A stretch of 64,000 nucleotides of DNA from Octopus bimaculoides (lineage: Eukaryota): the NCBI RefSeq assembly GCF_001194135.2, contig NC_068984.1, forward strand, positions 70,809,563 through 70,873,562, in the 5' to 3' direction. A model generated the notes under the pieces. That model did no database searches. It was not told the origin of the DNA and saw only the letters and a program-made list of their open reading frames with translations. Below, in pieces: positions 12,066 through 26,310 of the stretch (position 1 is the first letter of the stretch; each line of letters begins with the position of its first letter). The position numbers and the translations under genes are program-made.

Positions 12066-13779
12066 TCAATAATGATCAATATCACTGTGGTGTGTGTATG
12101 TTTATGTGTGTGTGTGCATGTGCATGACTTTACTGAGGAAGTAAAACATTTAACTTGGTTGAACCAAACCATAGATGGAGCCTCTATAAGAACCTGATAC
12201 ACTATTGCTGGAAAGTGAAGTCAAATTCTCTTCCTATGACATCATACTACCATTGAAAATACAAAGTTACATTGGGTAATGAAGTCTTAGATACATGATC
12301 TAAGACTAGATGAAATGGTGTTGGCTGAAATACTTTGATCATAGCTTTGTTTGATCACAGCTGACCTATGCTAAATGACAACTTTTCATTTGTCAGATCA
12401 ATGTGTTCTCTCTCGAGGCTATAATCCAAAAATGCTTTAGAGCAAAGCTAGCTATAATTAAATATTCTTTAATTCCTATGTTCTATAGAATGTTTATGTA
12501 ATTTTTTCTTCAACACTTATCACCAAGTCTACACATGTGTATCATTAGTTCAAACATCAATGACTATGAAAATAACCGAAAAGATCTAACGTAGTATTTG
12601 ACTGTTCCAGAGCTGAAGGAATGCAACCCAGTTAGATCACAATCATAGACCTATTTGGCTTTCAGACTCCCATATCTTTCCTCTTGGAGTTAAGACCTAA
12701 ACAAAATTTTAGAGCAATTGAATATCCATGTAAACAATGAAAGTTGTCTGAAAGGCAGTAGCAGTTTTTCTGCTTGTTTTGTTCTTTTTTAATGTGAAAA
12801 ATATTACTGCCACTAAAACTTTAAGCATTACAATCTTATATAAGAGATCAAAGATAAAAATAATTTTTGTTAAAAATACATTATCTAGGAAAAAGAAAAT
12901 ACTATTAAACCTTTTGAATTTGCTGCAAAACAGTTATCGTTTTTCAAGGTTGTCAACAGAATTGTAACAACACAACAAGAACAAATGTATTTAAAAGAGA
13001 ACTTTATATCACAAAACAATGAGAATAACAATAATGATTACAACAAGAGCAACAATAATTATAATAGAAAAAATAACATTAATAATAATAATAATGATAA
13101 ATACACAATAAAGTAATTGGTTAGATTTTGTTTTAACATCATTTACAACTGAAGTTGTGTAATCAATGTGAATTTGTTTTGATTTGGTTCATTACCATAT
13201 TTGTTTTGCATAAAACACAACTTTTATCAGATGTACTCATCAAAGGATTGGGTCAAGATCAGAGAGGAGTATAAAAAAAAATCGATATTGTTAGAATTTG
13301 CATTTTTCAAATGAAAAACTATTTCAAAAATTTGTTGCTTCTGCTTCTGTTTTGCAAGCCAAGCTATGATTTAAGAAAATTGAAAACTGCATTTTTTTAG
13401 TAATTTGTTTTTATAATTATTTGATTGTAGCTATCATTGTTATTATTATATTTTTATACATTTAAAATGAGACTTTAGTACACACCAAACATTATAGAAA
13501 AACATTTTCACATTTGTGAAACTGTCTGTGAAAGAAATATTTACTATTATAGTTATGGGTAGGGTGGGGTGGAGTGGTGGAGATAGCTGGGCTGGGATAG
13601 ACATGTGGTATAGATAACACTTTCCATGAGAAAAAAATGTTCTGTGTTAACAGTGGAATGTACTCATGGTAGAAGATGATCAATACAAACATGGGAAGAA
13701 ATGGTAAGGTTGAATATCTGACTGACATCTAATGACCACTCACTATTACTATTAAAATCAGTTGTAAAACAATCACATT

Positions 13780-14340
13780 TACTATCATGAATCTTCACAT
13801 TGAGCCAGATCTAGAAGAGATCAATTCTCTAATTACATGCATTAGTGATGTCTTGAATCAGAGAACTTTGGCAAAATCAGTGTCTGGGCTAATTTGCGTC
13901 AGACCACACCACTGGTGTGTACACTGACCAGATTCTTTTTACCTTCGTTAATAAAGTTAAATTATATCTCCCATACACTCCTTTCTATGCATTGACACCC
14001 ATCTCTGTGTCTGTTAAGACTAGCCACACACCTACACAGATATCATCCTTCATGCTAACTTTCCAGACCTAACTTCGACATCTAATTCATATCAGATTTG
14101 CACTCTGTCTATAAACAAATCTCATAAATATCTTCCTGTATGAACATGCAAGTCTCCTTTAGCAGCAGTAAAACATGACCAGTATGCGTAAAGGAAAAAG
14201 GGGTGTCGTGCAACATACTCTTCCAATGCTAGACCTCACAATCCTGATGTTCTCTCTCATACAACATTGCTACAACTGAATTGCATCACAAAGACTAAAC
14301 TTTCTCTTCAGAATTGCAAATTCTTCTGCTCTCATCAGCT
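13780..14340 (-). mobile_element. Possible heavily decayed LINE (RTE-like) remnant
   Basis: Coding-like composition with only faint RTE C-terminal motif resemblance. Confidence 0.3.
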
Positions 14341-15346
14341 GTTGACTCTATACAAAACCCAAATATAACTTGTATGCATAAGCTTTGAATGATGGTGTTA
14401 CTATAAACAAGGTTGTGCACCAGCATGGCTGCAGTCTAATGACTGAAACAAGTAAAAGATACAAATGAACATTTTATACTTCAACAGTAAAGGATATATG
14501 TCTTTATCAGCAAAGATTCACTTATCAATATCACGCAACAATCTATAATATAACACATTTGTTTCTTCTTTGCCTTTTCTATCCTCACATCATTGGCTTC
14601 TTTTCCTCAGAACTACTAGTTGGCATACCTGTCAAGTTCACCATTACTACTCAGTCATCATCCTTATTAAGTCCTAATTTCAAGATCTTTGGCTCACTTA
14701 TCTATCCAGAGAGGTTAATATTTTTGGAGTGCACTCTCTCATTTATCTATGTTTTTCCTTAATACATTGACATACACATAACTGGATTTGCATTGATCTT
14801 GTTTGTCTGAAATGAGGACTACATTCATTGCTTAATTAAAACAAAATATAACTTATTTTTGCTTATTGGTGCATCAATCTGTGTATTAATGTCTTAATTC
14901 TACACACAAACACAGGGCTTAATATTTATTTAACTGCTCTCAGCTTTCTTCATTACTCAGATATTCTTTCCATTCATTTGTACACTAAATTTGCACATCC
15001 AGTAGATCACTCTTCACTCACTTTTCTCAGCGTCAGCGTTTCTTCTTAGTCTTATGCTTTACATGCTTCATACTATACAACTTAAATACTTATACATCTT
15101 CTGTATGGTTTGCTTTTATAAGAGAAAGAGAGAAAGAGAGGGGGAAAAGACAGACATAGACAAAATGGCAGAAAGAAATATGGGTGCAAGACAGACAGAG
15201 GCAAAGAGGCAGAGAGAGAAAGTGAGAGAGAGGGAGGAGGGAAAAAGAGAGAGGGGAGAGGGGAGAGAAAGAGAGATAGAGAGAGGGAGATAGAGAAAGA
15301 AAGTGAGAGAGGGAAAGAGAGAGAGAGAGGGAAAGAGAGAGAGAGA

Positions 15347-15356
15347 NNNNNNNNNN
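15347..15356. other. Assembly gap inside a (GA)n tract
   Basis: N run. Confidence 1.
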
Positions 15357-15405
<49 letters not shown>

Positions 15406-16059
15406 AAAGAGACCCTAGCTTTGAATTTCTGCAAAATTTTATCCCATTCTTTCTCCACTTATCAAAATAATGATTTCCAGCATCTAACACAATGATTTCT
15501 GTATAATACAAGCATAACTATATGGTTATTTGAACAACATTTGTATATGGTAACAATGAGCTAAATTGAATTAAATATGTCTTGTCCAACACACAATTGT
15601 TTAAATTATTGTGTTTATGCTTTTCTTTAAAACTTTTTAAAATCCATTTGTATGTGCATACAGATATATAGATTATTTTTCAAATTTGGACATTTATAGA
15701 GTGCAGGCAGAAGCCATAGCAGTCTTTTTTTTTTTTTTTTTTACATAACTTCATGCTTTTCTTATTACTAAGCAGTCATCTATAAAATGGAAGTAGAAGT
15801 TGCTGTTAGCAATACAGATTAAAATAATTAAAGGAATGGAAAATTGGTTGCAGTAAAGTCATGACCATTTCACATGTAAATATATTGCCTCTGTGTCTGT
15901 GAGTATGAATATATGTGTAGTATGTATTTTCATACGTATATACCTCTGTGTGTGTGTTTTTATGTTTATATACATATGTATATGTGTATATGTGTATTGC
16001 ATATATATTATGTATATATATATATATATATTTGTGTGAGTGTGTGAGTGTGTGTGTGT

Positions 16060-16096
<37 letters not shown>

Positions 16097-17039
16097 CATA
16101 TGTGCATCTGTATCTACATATAGGTGCCTTGTTTTATTTTCCAAATAATATATGCCAGCATCAATAACAAAACATTCAATAATAAAGCAAATAAATAATT
16201 TTTTCTTACTTATATTATGTCAATTGCAAAATATTTTCTATTAAAATGATTGCAAAATATAAGATATATACTAAATTTCAACTAACAAAAATACGCTAAA
16301 CCTGTATATTTTACCATCAGTGTGAGAAGAACTGCATAACTTAAGCGTACTGCTTTTGTATACTAATACCAAGTTAAGTGAAGAATTTTGCCCACAATCT
16401 GACACATTATTCACCAAATCTAGCACAGCTTAGCTTAAGCAGTTTGACAAGGAGCTCCATTTTCAACAATGATTGACTCAATGAACACTCAAAAGAGATT
16501 TCTTTTTATATTTAGATTCTAAGCAAGTAGCTCAGCAAAACTTAACAAAGGTGGATGAAATGTCATTCTTTAATCTATGGGATTTGCTACTCTTAAACAA
16601 GCATACCATTCATTGTTATTGCTATTTATCCAGCTGAAAACTTAGTCCAGACTAAATGCATTCTAGCCGTGAAGGTGCCCAGTCTTTTCATACATAATTT
16701 ATATCAAAATACATAATCTAATATGATATTTTTTTCACTTAAAGATACTAGTGCATGAATTAAGAGAAATTTAACTACAATTACAAAATGGTTGAGTCAC
16801 TTCATAGAGGCTTGCATTAACTAATCATTCTAGATCATTGTCCCATTAATTGTCAAGTAAGGTGTCTATCTACATGGTGTTTGCATATACATGGGTTGTT
16901 CATCACAGGTAGTTCCTAAGGCTCTAAGATCTAATTGAAGAACAGACTAAAGAAATTGAGTGATTTCTTATGAGGCAGAAAACTCAGGAACATATGGTTA
17001 CCAAACATTTTAGAGCCAGTCAAAAATGTCTGGTGGGTT

Positions 17040-17370
17040 TTTGTTCTGGCACTTTATTCTTAATTCTAATCCTGCTGAGGCTAATTTTATCCTTTATCCT
17101 TCCAGAGCTGATAAAGTAGAGTACCAATCAAGTACTGGAGTCAATATAATCAACTAACTTAAGGCAGTGAGCTGGCAGAATCATTATCATGCTGCGCAAA
17201 ATGCTTAGAAGCATTTCGTCCATCCCTACATTCTGAGTTCAAGTTCTACTGAGGTTGACTTTACGTTTCATTCTTATAAAATAAGTACCTGTTCAGCACT
17301 GAACTCAATGTAATTGACTTGCACCTTTCCCTGAAACTACTGATCTTCTGCCAAAATATGAACCCAGTAT
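17040..17370 (+). mobile_element. Two adjacent SINE family A copies (5'-truncated plus full length)
   Basis: AAGGCAGTGAGCTGGCAGAATC head at 17161; B-box-like GAGTTCAAG; shared AAATAAGTACC core. Confidence 0.8.
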
Positions 17371-17477
17371 AAATGACTAACATCATCCTCAAATTTCTGG
17401 GTTTGTGCCCAGAAATTATGCAATCTTTTAAAGTGTAGTAAAATCAAACATTATGATTTATATGTTTTTGTCCATAG

Positions 17478-17520
17478 GTTAACAGAGAACAACAATGTTG
17501 AATCATTGACCATTCTACCA
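17478..17520 (+). CDS. Candidate short coding exon E2 (LTENNNVESLTILP), phase 2 to 0
   Basis: TTTTTGTCCATAG acceptor, CCA|GTAAGC donor, open frame, phase-compatible with E1. Confidence 0.35.
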
Positions 17521-18053
17521 GTAAGCCAATATCTTGATGTAGCTATCCACAACATAGGATCATGGAACACATTTTCATTGAATTTTGGGAAAAACTAAAA
17601 AATTTTTCAAGTTTGGAGAATAAAAGAAAAACAAGAAACAATGCAAAAAATTGAAAAAACTTCCCATTCTCAAGAAGATATTTTATGTCAACAGATTTCA
17701 ATTATTAATACATTCACATCACAAATTTACTTTATGAATGTCATATCTTTTTTTTCCATTTTTTTCTATCTCACTAATAATTAAACAGGAAGTTATTATA
17801 AAAACGACAGTTTATAAATATGTCAGCAAATGCTTCATAAAACTCCGTCAAAATTTAAAAGTTATAATTAGGCAATTTTTTTATTGATCTCTAAACTTTA
17901 AACGTGGACTTTATTATGAGGTAAAATTAGTGTTTATTGACTTATAAAAAGAAAAATCTAAAACTTCTCTACACTTTTCAGTTAAATTGATTATCATTAC
18001 TGACCAGAAATTGACTTTAGTTTTATATAAAATTAGCTTTGTAACTAAAATTA

Positions 18054-18056
<3 letters not shown>

Positions 18057-18132
<76 letters not shown>
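18057..18132. repeat. (TA)n microsatellite
   Basis: Direct reading. Confidence 1.
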
Positions 18133-18139
<7 letters not shown>

Positions 18140-19739
18140 TCATAAACTATGAATTATATATACATATATATGTGTGTTTTCATAAACTATAAATTACTTT
18201 TCTCATTCATATATACATACTTGTCTGTGTACAATAGAATTCTATTCGCAAATGTCTATATCTGCATAGTGTTAAAAGCAAATTTTTTTATAATTGTATA
18301 TTTTATCCAACAGCTAACACCCTTGCTTGTCTCAGTCTGCAAGTAGCTGTGTAACTGTGTAGTAGGCCAACTCTTAAGTAACCTAACAGCCATTGAGATT
18401 TGACATCTTATAGTCTGTTAGGATAAAACTAATAGCATTGAAATGCAAATTTTAGATTTTAGGTAACAGCTAGAGCGAACATTTATTAAAAGGGTGATAC
18501 AGTTCACTATTTTTAAATAGACATGATTTATATAAAATAAATTGAAGGCATAATGTTTAGATAAAATGAAAATACTGTTCACGAAAAAGAACATTTGTCA
18601 CTACAAGTGTTTAATGTAGAAGCAGTAAAGTATTTAATGCTTGGAAATCGGAAGAAAATGTCTACCTTTACCAAGTGTTTTTAATATTTTAAGTTAATGT
18701 ATGTTGTAGTTGTATATATTCATTTAGTTGTTAATTTTTGTCTGATTTTTTTTTCCATGCTAGTATATGCTAGATGAAGATTTAATGAAGCAATATTTTA
18801 TGTTCAAATGCTCTACTTGTCGCTACCTTCAATCTATTTTTAGACTAAAGATTCTTTTTTATATTCTTATTCAACAAATGCATGTCATAAGTGCAGAGCC
18901 TTGAGACATTACTTACAGGGGGTGTAAATATGACATTACTATTGTTGCTAAAACGGTGTCATGACAATGCACTTAGAATATAAATATTCACATGCATGCA
19001 CAGACACACACACATATGCATATATACCTTTCATTATCGTCATTAGTGCTTTTATATCTGCATTCCCATGCTTGTATAGGCTGGATATCTCTTGCTGTTT
19101 GCTGTATTCTTTTACCATGTTCCTTGTAGTTCTTAAATCTATAAGTTATAGTTAGACTATATTTCACTGATGTGATCTAATATGGTTAAAACATCTCTGT
19201 AATTGTCATTGAACTAATGAAGATTAAATTTACTCTTTAATGCATTCCGTGTTTAATCAATTAGAATTTTGAGGTTGTTTCCTTTACTATTTTTAACCAG
19301 AATTAGTCATGTAGATAATGATTGTTCTTATCCCTGAAGGTATAAATTTAAGTAATGAAGATGTTTCAACTAATCAGGTATACTAGCACTTACTTTACGA
19401 TTGTTTATCTCGGCCTTCTTTTGCCATCAATGATTTTATTGATACAAGACCATGTCAATTTTTTATGAAACAATTCAAAAAACCATCTCAGTTTTTTTAT
19501 ATTTTTAAATCACGTGGAACATCAATGCCTGTAACATTTTATTGAGCCTCCATGATAAGTGGATGAGAAGAAGAATGTATCTTCAACTAGAGACTTGGCC
19601 TGGATGCTTGCAACTGAGCAGACTCTTCTAAAGCTACCCAAGGTGCCAGAATGGTGTTAAACCAAGCAACAAATTAAGTCTACCATCATATAGGTTGAGG
19701 CAAAATTTAAACTCAGGAGGCAAAATAGTGTAAGGTTTC

Positions 19740-19910
19740 AAATCTAGCCTTTTTAGAGTTTCACCAATCTATCACCATTCTACTTTAACACCATGATACT
19801 TTTTTTATTGATTCTGAATTGAGGAAAAGTGAAGTTGCTCTCTACAGGATTTGAACAAAGAATGCAAAGATATGAAACAAATATCATGAAGCATTCTACA
19901 CATTGACGCC
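19740..19910 (-). mobile_element. Degenerate SINE family A fragment
   Basis: AAAGTGAAGTTGC...GGATTTGAAC...GAATGCAAAG resembles the reverse complement of family A. Confidence 0.5.
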
Positions 19911-19943
19911 TTTAGTGCACAACTAATTTCACTTGTACTCTGC

Positions 19944-21163
19944 TATTAGGTTGAAAAGAAAGTTGCATTGCATTAAAAAATGGAAAAGAAGCAAATGCTT
20001 TATTGGTATTAAATGATATATTTAATCACGATAATATTTCCCCTCATTATTGATAGCACAATCGCACCTATTTAGGAAATTTTTGATAGTCATATAAATC
20101 CTTTAGGTTCTGAAGCAAAGAAACACTCAATATCATTTTTAATCTTTTCACAGTTAATTAACAGTTTTGTTTGTAAATAATCTAGCAATGATCTGAAAAG
20201 ATGACAGTGAAATGGATCAAAGGGAAGATAATAAGAAGGATGTGGCAAAACTTCTATATTTAGTGCCATAATCTTGTCCTGAATACCTTGGGCAATATGT
20301 TTTCCTGCATCATTGTGTAGGAGCAACAAAATTTTATGACTGATCAATGAAAGGTATTTTTTTGGCAAATTTTTGTAAAATGCTTCAAACTGATGACAAT
20401 GCCATATTAATTGTTTTATTCTTATTTAATGCTTTATGATATACAACATCCTTTATAGTCCATCAAAAAGAGCATGAAATTTTACAGGGGTAGTCCTCAT
20501 TTAGAGATGAATTCTTTTTGTTTATTAGGTGCTGGCCATTGTCATTTGTATTGGATATGATTGTAGAAAACCCACTTTTTATCAATTGTGATGATTCTAT
20601 CCAGGGATGGTTTGGTAGCAAGATCACTCTTCAGTGATGAGAAGAGGACAACTTTTTGATTGTGCACAAAAGCAGTCAGACGATGTTTAGACATTTTTAC
20701 TAGTTCATGAAAGGTGTTTTATGATCAAAGTATGGCTGAAATTGTACTGTTTTGCCTCTCCTCATGCAATTTCCTTTGGATTTTCCAAAATTATGGTTTT
20801 CAAAAGTTCAATGTTGACAGGACTTCGTCATCCAGATTAAGAAGAAACTGTGAGAGAAAGATTTTCTGAGCAAAACTGGCCAAACCATCGTTGGTATGTC
20901 CAGATATTCAAAGCTACATTTCCATAGACAGAACATGTTTCTTGTCACTTCTATATGCAGTATCTGATATGGATCGGATTTAAACTCATTTTAAAGCATT
21001 AAAATCAATACAAATTTAAATAATTTGGAGAAAATAATTTGCAAAGGAAGAAAAGCCATTAAAATTTTTAAATTAATGTTTATTTTACAATTAGCATTGT
21101 AAAAATATCCTTAAATGGATAGTGAGAATAAATGTGATAGGAATTCCTTTCCAACTTAAAATA
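19944..21163 (-). mobile_element. Decayed mariner transposon
   Basis: ORF 20090..20368 gives LLLHNDAGKH and EVLPHPSYYLPFDPFHCHLFRSL, degenerate HDNA and HPPYSPDLAPSDYHLF motifs; degenerate TIRs TATTAGGTTGAAAAGAAAGTT and rc TATTTTAAGTTGGAAAGGAATT; ~1.2 kb. Confidence 0.85.
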
Positions 21164-21259
21164 AATATAACCTATTTGCATACATGTTAACATGACAAAC
21201 ACACACCAAATACATACTTCTATTTGTTACAGCATAGCCTGGATTCTTTCTGTCATAGT

Positions 21260-22200
21260 GAGCACTGACATGTCTCTCTCTCTATCCCACAATATCCATT
21301 CTGGTATGCCTCAATGTTCATTTTTATCATCTTCCAACCACCATTAAAGCTATCTTCCATACCCAATGGCTTACAATAACTTGTTCGCTTCCACTTCTAA
21401 CAATGTTCATTCCTGTGTAGATATTGCCATTCTTTTGACTCCCACGTATAGATGTCCTCCACATACATCTTAGACATCACATACCTATCTCTAGTAACAG
21501 AGATCTTAAAAACATCCCCTGACAATCTAGTGTCTTTCAATAATACGAAATCGCATTCTCTGATTGCATCAAGAAAACAATTTTGTATTCTAATCTCTCA
21601 GGTCTTAGACAACATGCAATTAAAATTCCGAAAATCACTTAAATACTGGCTTTTAAATCTTTGATAATCTTTGCAAGTGATTTCCCATACATAATGTAGT
21701 AAAGTCTGCATTTTAACATTTAATCTTTCTCTTGAGAATGAGCTGCTGACTTTCTGCGGAGCTCATGTAAAAACCATTCTGCTATACTATTCCCACAGTG
21801 CTTGTGTAATACACACAGACATCTATATTGCTCCCATAAGATCTAATAAAACTGGAATATGTCCAAAGCTATCATTATACTGCTACAGATCAAACTTACT
21901 ACCCTTTACTGTATTCTGTATTCAATTAATTTTAAATAAAATACTGAAATTGTCCCTCCCTTTTTTGACTAAAATTAATTATGCTGTTTTACCTCTAGCC
22001 TATCACTTCTTTAATTGTCTCTGCTTCTCTGAATTAGTAAGTTGCACACAGGCTCCATACAAGTTCATCCAAAACACGTGTCTAATGTTTCTCTCCATGT
22101 CCCTATTATGTCTCCTAATCCAAACTATGTACAAACCACTTCCCCTGTCTGAAATTCCTACTTCCTATGTTTTTCTGAAGATATGAAACTATATCTTTAA
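21260..22200 (-). mobile_element. Old RTE-clade LINE 3' remnant
   Basis: Antisense fragments resemble GHV.R, KRPLGRP..RW.DD and W...DR..W of RTE C-termini; many stops. Confidence 0.45.
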
Positions 22201-22715
22201 AGTGAATATAAACATCTTCCTGACATGTCCATGAGAGCCCAGCAACGGCATATGAAATACAGTTCTAATTATGTCATTAAAAGCAAAAATGTCCACAAAT
22301 ACCTCTTCACCCTAAATTTTACTGAAAACTTCTTTGAGATCTACCTTTAATGACTGTTTCATATTATTTTGAACCTTCAAATATCAAAGTAATACTGTGC
22401 AAAGATACTTCAAGCCAACCTGAAGTATTAAAGTAATATTGTGCAAAGATAGATAATGATTCTAAACAATACACAATCTAAATGTATTAATCTAAATGTA
22501 TTACTTGGTAAACTCTTTAGTAATGATAGCTATTTTCATAAGGAAAACATTGCATGTTTTCAATCCAGAATACAGTAATTACACTTCTTTTATATCAGAA
22601 AATATTGAAGGATATTGCCAAAATGGTAGCACCACAGAAGAAAAGTTTTACAATAATTAATCCATTCATCTTGTTCAGTATATTTGTGGTTAATTTTGTC
22701 TTGCATTCTGGCTGG

Positions 22716-23001
22716 AGTAAAGTAATAAAATCCAGGCGGTTTCTGAAGCACGTAGCAAAATTGATAGTGGAAATAGAATATAAATAGACAAGTGAATCAA
22801 TTGTTGTCTGTTATTTGTATCAAACATGGAAGAATGATGATGATGATGATGATGATGATGATCACCATCATCATCATCATGATTCTTCCATGTTTGATAC
22901 AAATAACAGACAGCAATTAATTCATTTGCTCATTCATATTCTATTTCCATTATTAATTTTGCTACCCACTTCAGAAACAGATTGGTTTTTGTTAATTTAC
23001 T
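22716..23001. repeat. Long inverted repeat centred on (GAT)n/(CAT)n
   Basis: ~140-bp arms; the inner TGTCTGTTATTTGTATCAAACATGGAAGAAT is perfectly mirrored. The ORF track shows near-identical peptides on both strands (22690..22902 -, 22815..23015 +). Confidence 0.95.
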
Positions 23002-24052
23002 GGGCCCAAGGATAGAAATGCATTTAGTTATGGGATAGTCATAATTAATTAACTCTCACTAGAGAACAACTGATATTTATTTTATTAACTCTTACTGGTG
23101 AAATGCTGCGTTGAAATATCCTAGTTTAATTTTTATCTAAAAACTTAAAAGAACAGAAGCTAGATATAATCATTATTTTATTCTCAGTTATATTATCTGC
23201 CATGTCGTGTAACATTGAGCTCATACATTATCCATGGATTTGCTCATAGAATTCATGTTTTTAAAAATACTATAGCAATTGAAATAGAGGAGGGAACCAT
23301 AGAGTGAGATGCAACATATTTGAAATTGTATACTTAACACTTTCGTCTATGTATTATCGATGAGATTAGTGTGCATAAATATAGAAAAGCTTCAAGTGAA
23401 CTGACATTAATCAAAGTTTGAGTCTAGCATTTATGAATATCAATGCACTTATGAAAGTAAGGTCTTTGAGAAATTCAGGTACTTCATATACCAACTCACT
23501 TTATAAAATGTATCAAAATAAATATTTGATGTCTTACGAGGTTTCTTATTAAGGATAAGGAGTGTGTAGTCTTACTCTAAAACATCTAAATTTTCTTATG
23601 CACATATTCTATTCACTAAACTTTTCTCATGAAGTATGTCAAGATTTATTATGAATCAAGGTCAGTTGCCACTATAACACTTCAAATAAAGACTTTAATG
23701 TAATGTTATATGCATCTGCTTATAGACTTTTCTTCCTGTTAATATTGAATTTACAATACTGGACATAAGTAGATTATTTTGAAGATAACATAACAGTTAA
23801 AAGAGCAGAAACAAATTATAGTATCCAATTTGAGAAATACCATATTTTCTGTAGCTTTATCTCTAATGCAGCTGCTTAGACAATGATAGGCATATAGCAG
23901 AAGTCCTATTTTGGGGTTTGTTTCATGTTTCTGTCTCAAGGGGGGATTTATATCTAATATCACTTTTTCATATGTATGCATATGGACTCTCAGTAATATA
24001 ATCCTTGCACAGCCATCATCACACTGATGAAAACTTTAGTGGGTAGAATATC

Positions 24053-24981
24053 TACAAGGTGGTATTAAAAGGTTCCCGGACTAGTTATGTTTAATAAAAG
24101 ATAACTTATTTACCTAAGTTTTAACATAATCTTCTTCAAAATAGTCAATTTGTGCAGCAATACACTGGTCCCAGCATTTCAGCCACTTTTGGAATCCAGC
24201 CTGGAAGTTATTTTCCATAAGCAAGTCGAGAATCTTCTGTGATTCACTCTTGATCTTGACTATGGCATTAAAACAGCAATCTTTAAGCTGTATTATTATC
24301 TTGGATAAGAAATGGAAGTCTGTAGGTGTTAAATCTGGCAAATAGGGTGAGTGTAGAAGCGATAACATGTTTTTATGTGAGAAACTTACAAGAGAAGAGG
24401 GCTTGGTGACAGGGTTCACTGTTGTGAAGAATCCAATTCCTTGTGCTCCACAGATCCAGTTGCTTTCACTGAATGTCCTTCCTCAGACGTTTCAAAATGA
24501 TGCAGTAGAACTCTTGATTGATGGTCTGGTCCTGGGGGATGAATTCTCAATGCACAATACCACATTTCCAGGGGTAACACTCATGGCAGGTCTTCCAGAT
24601 TGCCTGTCTTCCAGATTGCCTGTCTTCCAGAGACTTTCTTCCACTTTTGAAGCGCTCAGGCAACTTGAAACATAGTGTACAATCCATTGTCTTATCATCA
24701 TAATGTTGCCAAAGCATGTTCAAGGTCTCTGTAGCAGACTTCCAAAGTTTAACACAACATTTCATGTTGGCTCTTTGTTCCTGTCCATGACAAAATCGCA
24801 TACAGCATACATATGATCACAAAAACACAAATTTCACAATTTGCAAAGTAAACACAGCGATGTCACTCAGCACACTGCTCCATGAAAGTCACTGCTAGCT
24901 CTCACTGTGCATGCAACCATGTGCTGCCATCTGTTGGTGCACTACAGAACTAGTCCAGGAAATTTCTGATACCACCTCATA
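24053..24981 (-). mobile_element. Internally deleted mariner element with TIRs and TA TSD
   Basis: TA-CAAGGTGGTATTAAAAGGTTCCCGGACTAGTT versus rc TA-TGAGGTGGTATCAGAAATTTCCTGGACTAGTT; N-terminal EQRANMKCCVKLWKSATETL and C-terminal HSPYLPDLTPTDF...CIAAQIDYFEED. Confidence 0.92.
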
Positions 24982-25614
24982 CATTAGAAAATTCATAGAC
25001 TTATAAATTTAACCTGACATTCTCCACAAAAAGAGAAATCATAAAAATTAATAGTTATTTACTGAGGCACTTTATCTAGAACTAGGGAACTTTTATCAAT
25101 CCACTACTAATGCTCTTTCTCTTCCAAAGCAGCTTTTTGTTGCTTCACTAGATAGATTCACACATGACAATAAAAGTTAATCAAGTATAGATTAATATGA
25201 TAAAGATGCAAGTATGTCACTAAGAAGTTTGCTTCATAACCATATAGTTCTGGTTTCAATATCACTATTTGCCGCATTAGGCAAATGGCTTCTATTCTAA
25301 TCATATGTTGAGCAATAGCTTTTGTGCATGGAATCTGGTTGTCAGCAATTATGCATAAGCTCATTGTGTGTTTATGTATATGTATATGTGTTCATATCTG
25401 TGTTTATATTTATGGTCAAAATACCAGATGTTTTTTTTTCCTGTTCCATAACTTTGCATGTCAACAAATAGAGATCAAAGAAAAAATTTCTAACTCAAAT
25501 AAGCATAAGGCTTGATATAACTAACTGATAGTGTCATAGCATATTATGACTGGAAGCTGTGAAAGAATAAAAGAAAAGTTTGCTTTCTTCATAATAAATT
25601 TTAGTTTCACTTAC

Positions 25615-25748
25615 CATGCTGTCTGTTTACACCACACTAATTTATCTATGTTTATCATGTTCCCTGGCTTCTTTTGATGGTCTGGGTGGTTTTGTGGCAT
25701 GCAAGATAATACTTTCATCTCTGCTTTTTCCTGATGGAGGTCCACTCA
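25615..25748 (-). CDS. Weak candidate exon, orphan
   Basis: CTTTTCAG acceptor and ATG|GTAAGT donor; one frame ends ...EHDKHR*, another is open throughout only with an acceptor 4 nt further in. Confidence 0.25.
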
Positions 25749-25959
25749 CTGAAAAGTTGAAACTTCCTTTGTAATTTTCATTGTGGTGTGAAATACCTTA
25801 TACCTTTGTTTACTTTATTTATTATTTGTTCCACTATCCTCTTGAATATATTACATACAGATGCACATTCTGGCTCTAAATTCTTTGGACTGAGCCAATG
25901 TCAGTTATATATCTTGGATATGGATGCAACACATCAATTATCCATTGAATCTTTGGTTG

Positions 25960-26310
25960 ACTGACTAGCACCCAACTGATTTTTAACACAGGCACAAAAC
26001 AGCAAAATAGGAGAGATTCAAAGCCATTGTCTGACTGCTAGTTTATTTTATCAATACTACATGGATGAGAAATAAAGTCTATGTCAGAGAGATTTGACCT
26101 GAGAACATAAAGGGATATAACTAACTACTGATTTTTTTAACACTGACACAAGGCAGGCTACACATTTTTGATTTGCAGAATACGTTAATTAACCTCAGTA
26201 CTTAGCTACTGCTTTATTGCTTTAACTATAAGAATAATGAAATGCAAATTTGAATTCATCAAGGATTGAAATCAGAAAGTAAATATTGCAAGGCAATTCT
26301 CAAACATTCT
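25960..26310 (-). mobile_element. Two degenerate SINE family A fragments
   Basis: Repeated GATTTTTAACAC...GGCAC/CAAGG ends and GATTTGACC/GGATTGAAATCAGAA segments. Confidence 0.45.

Noticed and set aside
12283-12307. Perfect 10-bp stem AGTCTTAGAT/ATCTAAGACT
   Set aside because: Too short to interpret and adjacent to repeat-derived sequence.
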